64,000 nt of DNA, from NCBI GenBank assembly GCA_965237955.1, contig OZ250169.1:4800001-4864000 (forward strand), given 5' to 3'. Source of the stretch: Candidatus Marinacidobacterales bacterium (GTDB taxonomy: Bacteria > Acidobacteriota > Vicinamibacteria > Marinacidobacterales > SMYC01). A program made the translations under genes and the position numbers. Shown here one piece after another: positions 56,666-64,000 of the stretch (positions are counted from its first letter, which is position 1; each line of letters starts with the position of its first letter). The notes below the pieces were generated by a model. It saw only the letters and a program-made list of their open reading frames with translations, searched no databases and was not told the origin of the DNA.

Positions 56666-59265
56666 TCAATTCACCGGAACCAGCCTAAGCAGCTCTTCGT
56701 GCCAGTTGAGAACAACCTGCAGCTCACCGCGTGCCCTTATGTTCGACTCCACGACCAGAAAGCGCTCGCCGTTGGCGGTCACGTCGAGGCGGTTGGGTAA
56801 AACAACCGGACCGGAAAAACTCGATTCGAAGAGGAACGTAGGTGCGCCCACGGTGAGCTCATCACCGGAGTCGACTTGGACCGCCATCAGTTGATCGCCG
56901 TCGCGATAGAAGAGCTCGCGCCCGTCCCGTGACCAGACGGGGCTGCCGCCGCCACCGGTCGAGACGAGGGTTTTGGCGCCGCCGTCGGGAAAAGGCCTCA
57001 CGTAAACTTCGTTCTCGCCGGATTCGTCCGAAGTGTAGGCGAGCCACCGCCCGTCCGGGGACACATCCGCTACGCGCTCGTGAAACTCGGTACGCAAAAA
57101 CGGGCGCGGCTCGCGGTCACCTTCCATCTCGAGCACCCAGAGGTCGGTTAGGTTGTCGGGGTGGTGCTCGTGGAACGCGAGGACGGAGCCATCGGGAGAG
57201 ATGGCGTCCGGATGGCGACGGAGCTCGCCTGTGGTGAGCTGCTCGGCCTCGCCGCTTCCGTCGGCCGGTTGCCAGAACAATTGGTCGGCACCGTTTCGGC
57301 GCGAGGCAAACACGATTTTCTCTCCATCGGGTGTCCAGACGGGTCTCATGTTGTCCGCGGTGAATGTGAGTCGACTCATCGCGCCGCGCGCGATGTCGTA
57401 GAGCCAGATATCACTCTCGAGCTGGATCGCCAACCGAGCCCCGTCCGGAGAAATCTGCGCGCCTCCGTAGGCAGCGGGCGGTGCCGAGAGCGACTCGCTC
57501 ACACCCTGCCGATTCACCCACACCAGCCGTCTGTCGTCGATGCCTCCCGAGAGGTAGACGAGGCTTCCGCTCTCGGAAACCGCGAAGTGCGCTCCTCCTC
57601 TATCGGACCCACCGACCACCCGAGCTACCTCCTCGACGACGGTCGACGCGCCACCCGCCACTTCGAGCGCGTCGAGATCGAAGGGCACGGCTTGAAGCGT
57701 GGCCCCGACGCGATAGACGAGGTGTCCCGTAGGAAGGTAGTGGGCGTCCGAGCCGCCGTCGACGAGAACCCGACGCTCGCCTGTGTCGAGGGAATGCGAC
57801 ATGATGAGACGGTTCGATTGACCGGCGCGTGTCAGAGTCAAGAGAAGCGTGCGCCCGTCGGGAAGCAGTCGAGGAAAGAAAAGCTGCTCGTTTTCCTCCG
57901 GCTCGACGACGACTTCCGGTTCGCCGCCGTTTGCAGACACACGGAGGATGCCTCTTGGTTCGGCGAAATAAATGGCGTCGCCCACCCAGCTCACTCCCAA
58001 AGGGGGGGAAGCAGCACAGAGGCTCACCGGGGTCCCGCCGCCCACCGGCGCCTTCTTGAGGCCGTCGGACCAGAACGCAATCCACTGGCCGTCGGGCGAG
58101 AAAGCAGGGCTTCTGCCTCCGTCTGTGCCTGGCATCGCTGTCGTTTCCAACCGGTCCATGTTTCTCAGGTGGAGTTGTCCGTTCTTGAAATAGGCGATGG
58201 TTCGTCCGTCGTGAGAGATGGCCAACACGTTGCGGCCACGAAGAATAGTTAGACCCTCTGGTGAGATGGCGAATCGCGTCACCGGCCGCTCCGCCGAAGG
58301 CGACAGGATGAGAGCGGTTGCGGCGATGCCCGCCAAAAGGCCGGCAATGCCGGCAACCCAAGATAGCCGTCGGCCTCCACTTCGTTCCGGAAGCGCCGCA
58401 CGGCCACGCTCCGGGGTGGTGAGCGCTTCCTCGATCTCGTTGCGCACGTCGCCAATATCGCGTCGCCGCTTCTTGCGATCTTTCTCGACGCATCGCCGCA
58501 GAAGTCTTTCGATGCGCGGGTCGAGCGCGTCGGGAAGCGCCGCCCAATCGGGCTCGAGCTTGATGACCGAGGCCAGGATGTCCGAGACGTCTTCGCCGGC
58601 AAAGGCTTTCTTCCCGCTCAGCATCTCGTAGAGCACCGCACCGAACGAGAAGATGTCCGATCGCTTGTCGATCTCTCGTCCCCGCGCCTGCTCGGGGCTC
58701 ATGTAGGCGGCGGTGCCAAGAATGACTCCCGCCCGCGTTCCGTCCCGAGTGAGGGTAGGGGAAAGAGAGCTATCAGCCTTCGGAGTGTCCTCCGCAAACG
58801 CTCGCGCCAGGCCGAAGTCGAGGACCTTTACTTTGCCGTCCTCGGTGAGCATGATGTTGCCCGGCTTCAGGTCCCGGTGGATGATCCCCTTCTCGTGGGC
58901 CTCCTCGAGCGCCTCGGCGATTTGCGTTGCAATGCGCAGAGTTTCTTCCACGGCGAGACGACCCCTCGACATGCGGTCGGCGAGTGTCTCTCCCGGCACG
59001 AGTTCCAAGACGAGGTAAAGCGTTGCTCCCGATTCTTCGAGACCGTGAATGGCCGCGATGTTCGGATGATTCAAAGCGGCGAGCAACTGCGCTTCGCGCT
59101 TGAACCGCGCGAGTCGCTTGCTGTCCTGGGAGAACTCCTCCGGTTAATGGCAACGTCACGTCCCAGTTTGCTGTCGCGGGCGCGGTAGACTTCCCCCATA
59201 CCGCCAGCGCCCAGAAGCTCGCGGATCTCGTAGGGGCCGAGGCGTTCACCGGCGGAGAGTGCCAT
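56666..59265 (-). pseudogene. Ser/Thr protein kinase with TM and PD40/TolB-like propeller, frameshifted in the VAIK motif
   Basis: [30 protein letters not shown] repeats; at 59143 the reading is gcc att aa|ccg gag (about 7 nt lost, cutting the catalytic Lys codon). Confidence 0.85.
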
Positions 59266-59354
59266 TGAGCTGGAAAAGTAGCGTTATTCGCTACTGTAAG
59301 TCAAAGGCAAGGAATTCGTTGCTCGACTAAGGGAACAGAGCTATCCTTTCCCTC

Positions 59355-60419
59355 GTGACGGCCTCTCGGTGGCATGTGAGCCCGGTCGTCGACGTGTCGG
59401 CTTACGCGTTTAGCTGGCTCTTCATCCTTCTTCCCCTGGCGTATTTCTCCAGCCGCGAGCATCAGATCGTGATGCTCCTCATCGTCGTGGGGCTCACGTT
59501 CGCGCATCGTCACTACACCTTGCCGTACGTCTATCTCGACCGCGAGATTTTCGACACGCACCCAAAACGGTTCACGTGGTTCCCGCTCCTCATGCTGATC
59601 GGGTTTCTGGCAAGCCCTGCGTTGTGGAACACGCGAGCTCGTATCGTCGTGGCGGCGATCGTTTTCGTTGCTGGAGCTTGGAACGTCTGGCACGTGTACA
59701 CGCAGAAATTCGGCGTGCTGCGTATGTACGCCGCGAAGAGCGGCAGCTCGACCGAAAGCCCACGGTGGGTCGACCGGGTGCTGCTTTTCTGCTGGGCGCC
59801 GCTCTACCTCGTGTGGCTCGGACCGTCGTACCGCGACCAGATCGAGAACGCGTTTCCCACCGTCCGCGATATTGCGCTTCCGCTGGTCGACGCGATGGCT
59901 CGAGCGCTTCCGATTCTGCTCGTTCCTGCCATTGCTTGCGTGGTAGCGGGGCTCGGCATCTTCTTGTACTACGAGTGGAAGACGCAGGGACTTCGTAATG
60001 CCCCGCGGCTTGCGATGGCGTTCGGCACGACGCTTTTGTCCGCATCGTTTCTGATCTTCAACCCGGTCCACGTCTTCATGGCGTTCGCGTTCTCGCACGC
60101 GGTCGAGTACATGGTGTTCGTGTGGGCGTTTCAGCGGCGCCGGTACGATGCGCCGCGCGTGCCCGAGCCACGTCTCGGACGCATCCTGCAACACCCTTGG
60201 CTCGCGTACGGCATCTTCACGTTCGGCATCACCGTGCCGTATCTTCTGATGCGCTTTTGGGGCTATCTCATCGTTCCCGAAGCGACGAACCCGATGATTC
60301 TAGGTACGACGATCGAGCGGTGGGCGTTCTACTGGAGCGTGTTCCAGTCGCTCGTACACTTCTACTACGACGGGTTCTTGTGGAAGATGCGGTTGCCTTC
60401 GGTTCAGGCCAATATCTAG
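59355..60419 (+). CDS. Uncharacterised polytopic membrane protein with His motifs
   Basis: About 9 TM segments; AHRHYT, WHVYTQKFG, SHAVEY, HFYYDGFLWK. Confidence 0.65.
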   Translation: MTASRWHVSPVVDVSAYAFSWLFILLPLAYFSSREHQIVMLLIVVGLTFAHRHYTLPYVYLDREIFDTHPKRFTWFPLLMLIGFLASPALWNTRARIVVAAIVFVAGAWNVWHVYTQKFGVLRMYAAKSGSSTESPRWVDRVLLFCWAPLYLVWLGPSYRDQIENAFPTVRDIALPLVDAMARALPILLVPAIACVVAGLGIFLYYEWKTQGLRNAPRLAMAFGTTLLSASFLIFNPVHVFMAFAFSHAVEYMVFVWAFQRRRYDAPRVPEPRLGRILQHPWLAYGIFTFGITVPYLLMRFWGYLIVPEATNPMILGTTIERWAFYWSVFQSLVHFYYDGFLWKMRLPSVQANI

Positions 60420-60432
60420 GGTCTCTCCCGCA

Positions 60433-62691
60433 CTAGCGGCCGAGTGCGAGCTTGATCCCGGTCATGAACGTCCGCGGGAGGCCGGGGCGCAGGCCCGCGG
60501 GGCGCCGGGAGACGATGTACGCGTTGTTGCCGACGTTTTGTACGGTCGCGAAAAACCGGATGTCTTCGCCCAAGTCGAATTCCGCAAATGCGTTGACGAC
60601 CAGATACGCGTCCGTTCCTTGGCCCGCGGGAATATCGTCCTGGCCGGCCTCGGTGCGCATGCGGCTTGAGAAGTTGGCATCCACGCCGGCCGACCAACCC
60701 GATTCCTCGACCGCGAATCTCGCATAGAGCTGGTGCCGGGCGAGGTAGGGGAGCTTGTCGCCTTCTTGGACGTCACCCCAAGGTAGGTACGTGCTGTCGA
60801 AGCTCGTGAGAAACTCGGCGTCGCTCAGCGTGTACGAGAACAGGAAGGGGAATCGGAGTCCGCTTGCGGACAGCTCCGCAAAATCGTAGCTCAGGCTTGC
60901 CTCGATGCCGGTGGCTCGCGACGCGCCCCCGTTGAACAAATCACCTTCTCCGCTCCCGCCGGCCGACAGCGTGTCGATGCCGAGCAGGTTGCTGTAGTCG
61001 TTGTAGTAGAAAACGACCTCGGCGCCGAGCGATCTACTCTGGCCGCGGAGACCAAGCTCGTAGTTGAGGCTTTCTTCCGATTGGATGAACTCGGTCGAGC
61101 CCGGACCGGGAGGACTAAAACCTTTGTGGATGCCGCCGAAGACGTGCAAGCTCGGCGTGGCCGTGTACGTGATCCCGATGCCGGGCACGACCGCGGTGAC
61201 GTGATTCTCTCGGACCCGTGGCTTTCTTCGACCGGGATCCGACGTGGCGTAGTCGGTGCGCGTCAGCTCGATGGTCTCGTAGCGCACTCCGGGCAGGAGC
61301 GTCCATCGCGAGATGCGAATCGTGTCCTGTGCGAAGAGCGCGAGCGCGCTCGCATCACTGACACGATTCGATTGACTCCCGGGCGCACCGGCGCTCGTGA
61401 GGCCCATGAGCCCGTTCAGCATCTGAAACCCGTCCTCGTGCTGGAACCGGTCCTCTTCATCTTGGTGGTAGCGTACGCCGAGCTCGAAGTCGTGCTCGGT
61501 CGCGCCAGTGTGCGCAGTGAAGCCAGCGACCGATTGAATGCCTTGCGAGTAATACTCGCGCGCGTTGGCGCGCACCCTGAGGTCATTCGGGTCGCTGTCG
61601 GCGCCCTTCGCAATCGCCAGCTCCCTCGCATGCTCGAGTGGGTCATCGAAGATGCCGCCGATACCCGTTCCGAGAATGCTCTGGAGCTTGTACCAGTTGC
61701 GCTCGAAGTTGTTGCGATAGAACGTCGTGGTGATGTCGATGCCGTTGGGCACTGCGACGAAGTGTTGAGCTTGAAACTGCTGGTGGTTCCATTGGATGTT
61801 GTCGGGCTGCGATGCGGCGTAGCGACGTACGGGATTGCCGTCGAAGTCGCGCTCCGTCAGGCCGAGGTACGTCTCGTTTGAATCTTCCTTGCCGGCTCCA
61901 ACCTTCAGTTCGAGCGATTGGAAAATCCGCGTGCTTGGCGACGTGTTGAATCGAAGCTTCCCGAGGTAGTCCTGTACGTGAAAACCCGTGCGGTCCCCTC
62001 CATCCAGCTCTTTGAAACCGTTCGTGCGTAGCTGGTAGGTTTCGAAGAGCCAGCCGACGTTCTTGTACGAGTCTCCGACGTTGATATGACCCTTCAACGC
62101 GCTATCGGTGCCGACCGCGACGTCAGCTCTCATGCGCAGGCTAATAGGCACACTGGTCGAGACGAGGTTCAAAGCACCACCGTTGGTGCGGGGTCCGAAC
62201 TTGATTTGGCTGGACCCTTTGCGAACTTCGATGGCTTCCATCCGTCCGGTGACGGGGAAGTAGTAGGCGGACGGTGCCGTATACGGGGCCGGCGCGATCA
62301 GAACGCCGTCTTCCATCAGCGTGATCTTGGCGCTTCGCTCGGAGCCTGTGCCTCGCATCCCGATGTTCGGTCGCAGCCCGTAGCCGTCTTCTTCCTGGAT
62401 GACGACCCCGGGGACTTGGCGGAGCATCCGGTGGATGTCGTCGAAGCCTTGACGTTGAGCTTCGAGCGCCTCGCCGTCGATGACGTAGGCGGAGCCGGGA
62501 ATGGTCTCGAGCGCGCTCTCGCTCCCGACGACGTTCACGCGCTCGCTGATGCGGAGCGTGGCCTCGGCGATCGCTTCTTCCAGTGTTTTTTTGTCGTCGT
62601 CTTTTGCGTCGGAATCGTCCTGAGCGCTGGAAGTGACTGTGCCGGCGAGAATTAGAGCTACCAGGGTGATCGTGCTGATTTCGCGCAACAT
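60433..62691 (-). CDS. TonB-dependent receptor (FecA-like)
   Basis: Signal peptide, EEDGYGLRPNIGMRG plug, IEVRKG, C-terminal RPGLPRTF; Fur-like boxes upstream. Confidence 0.88.
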   Translation of the reverse strand: MLREISTITLVALILAGTVTSSAQDDSDAKDDDKKTLEEAIAEATLRISERVNVVGSESALETIPGSAYVIDGEALEAQRQGFDDIHRMLRQVPGVVIQEEDGYGLRPNIGMRGTGSERSAKITLMEDGVLIAPAPYTAPSAYYFPVTGRMEAIEVRKGSSQIKFGPRTNGGALNLVSTSVPISLRMRADVAVGTDSALKGHINVGDSYKNVGWLFETYQLRTNGFKELDGGDRTGFHVQDYLGKLRFNTSPSTRIFQSLELKVGAGKEDSNETYLGLTERDFDGNPVRRYAASQPDNIQWNHQQFQAQHFVAVPNGIDITTTFYRNNFERNWYKLQSILGTGIGGIFDDPLEHARELAIAKGADSDPNDLRVRANAREYYSQGIQSVAGFTAHTGATEHDFELGVRYHQDEEDRFQHEDGFQMLNGLMGLTSAGAPGSQSNRVSDASALALFAQDTIRISRWTLLPGVRYETIELTRTDYATSDPGRRKPRVRENHVTAVVPGIGITYTATPSLHVFGGIHKGFSPPGPGSTEFIQSEESLNYELGLRGQSRSLGAEVVFYYNDYSNLLGIDTLSAGGSGEGDLFNGGASRATGIEASLSYDFAELSASGLRFPFLFSYTLSDAEFLTSFDSTYLPWGDVQEGDKLPYLARHQLYARFAVEESGWSAGVDANFSSRMRTEAGQDDIPAGQGTDAYLVVNAFAEFDLGEDIRFFATVQNVGNNAYIVSRRPAGLRPGLPRTFMTGIKLALGR

Positions 62692-62733
62692 CCGCAGGGT
62701 CTCCTTGTGTCCCCGTGCGGATGAGAGTTTAGA

Positions 62734-62785
62734 TGAAAATGATACCCATTTTCAAGATCTATTTTGAAATAGAGTTTCAATTTCA
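62734..62785. promoter_or_regulatory. Two tandem Fur-like boxes upstream of the TonB receptor
   Basis: GAAAATGATACCCATTTTC (62735-62753) matches GATAATGATAATCATTATC at 15/19; weaker second palindrome tgaaat-N9-atttca at 62765-62785. Confidence 0.7.
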
Positions 62786-62791
62786 CTTAGA

Positions 62792-63436
62792 CTAGATTAG
62801 CCAGGCGACGCCGCAGGCGACGAGGGCGGCGCCGGTCACCTGGCTGAAGCGCTCACCCTGGGGCAGCATCTTCTCGGCGGCGAGGAGCACGGTGAGGGCC
62901 GCCATCCACGCGAGGTTCATCACCCCGAGCGCGAACGCGACCGCCATGAGCGCCCAGCAACAGCCGAGGCAGTTCATCCCGTGCCCGAGCCCGACGCGGA
63001 GCCAGAATCCGCGCCCGCTGCGCCAATGAGTCAAGACGTGCCCGAGGGGTGAGCGGCACTTTCTGAGACAGGACTGCTTCATCGGGGTGAACTGGAAAGC
63101 TCCGGCGATGACGAGGAGCGCGGCGGCGGCTTCTCCGGACACCGCCTGCTCCCCGCGCAGGTAGTGCTGCGCCCCTGCCGCCACGAGGCAGTACACGGCC
63201 CAAACGGCAAAGTATCCAGACGAGAAGCGCACAGCCTGGGATGGCTCGAACAGGACGAGCCATGGCAGGAGGGACGGAAGCATCATGGCCACCATCATGA
63301 CGTTCCACATGACGAACGACGCCGCGAACCCGCTCGCATGGCCGTACACGAGAAGGAGCGACCACGCGAGCGCAGCCACCGCGACGATGACTAGCGGCGT
63401 TAATCGCTCGACACGTTCCAATCGAATTGCGACCAC
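62792..63436 (-). CDS. DUF2182 metal-binding membrane protein
   Basis: MWNVMMVAMMLPS, QFTPMKQSCLRKCRSP, CLGCCWALM, GVMNL. Confidence 0.85.
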   Translation of the reverse strand: MVAIRLERVERLTPLVIVAVAALAWSLLLVYGHASGFAASFVMWNVMMVAMMLPSLLPWLVLFEPSQAVRFSSGYFAVWAVYCLVAAGAQHYLRGEQAVSGEAAAALLVIAGAFQFTPMKQSCLRKCRSPLGHVLTHWRSGRGFWLRVGLGHGMNCLGCCWALMAVAFALGVMNLAWMAALTVLLAAEKMLPQGERFSQVTGAALVACGVAWLI

Positions 63437-64000
63437 AAGCCGTGAGTCCTTTCCGTGTCGAAGCGGATGACGCCGTCGTCGTAGCGGGAATCTCCGAACG
63501 CGATCACCTGCGATGGAGAGTGGATTTGATTAAAGATGTTCTCGAACCGCACCGGTTCGGAGCTGTCGTGGCCGCGGATCATCTCGACCGTAGCTTCGAG
63601 CACCCCGGGTATGATGACGGTTTTTGTGGGTGTTTCCGTCTCCATTGCGATGGGCAGATAGCGGGTCGGGAGCCTCTTCGAAACGAACTTTGCCAGGATT
63701 CCCCACGGACCACCGAGATCGCCGCGGAAAACGGACTCGAGCGCGCTCCGTTGTTCCTCCGACGCGTCTTCATCTACGAATATGATCTGCGTCCAGCCGC
63801 CGTCGACCATCCGCTGCGGGCTGTCGAACGCAATCACGGCGCGGCGTCCTATTAGCCGGGTCGAATCGACTTCGCCGTCGTCGAATTGAAACGCCCAGTA
63901 TCCGCGGCAGCGTTCGTGTGTGCACAACTGGTCGAAGTGAATGTGCCCGGGGCACACGAGCTGGCAGCTACAGTTTTCGAAGATCAGCCCTTTCGCCCAC
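63400..64000 (-). CDS. DUF1326 protein (5' end beyond the window)
   Basis: FENCSCQLVCPGH...C...C motif; usual partner of DUF2182. Confidence 0.8.
   Translation of the reverse strand, partial: WAKGLIFENCSCQLVCPGHIHFDQLCTHERCRGYWAFQFDDGEVDSTRLIGRRAVIAFDSPQRMVDGGWTQIIFVDEDASEEQRSALESVFRGDLGGPWGILAKFVSKRLPTRYLPIAMETETPTKTVIIPGVLEATVEMIRGHDSSEPVRFENIFNQIHSPSQVIAFGDSRYDDGVIRFDTERTHGLWSQFDWNVSSD

Overview
GC-rich bacterial DNA. The gene content (ADOP permease fragment, PD40-repeat Ser/Thr kinase, DUF222-HNH, Acidobacteria-style pilins) suggests Acidobacteriota, by inference only. From left to right: a sigma54-driven type IV pilin locus (pilR-like activator, phosphodiesterase, two paralogous pilins, ABC transporter, pilD); housekeeping genes (ubiE/menG, aroB, pcm, tatAC, ctpA); a HEAT/TPR/MinD block; xylB and xylA; a divergent GlpX-fold phosphatase; envelope glycosylation genes; peptidases and hydrolases; a VapBC pair; and a TonB receptor preceded by Fur-like boxes. 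Mobile DNA: three copies of an unnamed ~125 bp CTAG-targeting MITE (two inside genes), one complete IS3-family element with a 5-bp TSD, and one IS110 element with an upstream non-coding region (candidate bridge RNA). The strongest window-wide signal is gene erosion. Several genes have lost their middle so that N- and C-terminal remnants are joined (P450, amidohydrolase, YkgJ-like, and an unknown membrane protein fused to the ArgF C-terminus). There are also several frameshifts and insertional knock-outs. No rRNA, tRNA or CRISPR array was seen. All family calls come from reading motifs by eye; no database was searched.
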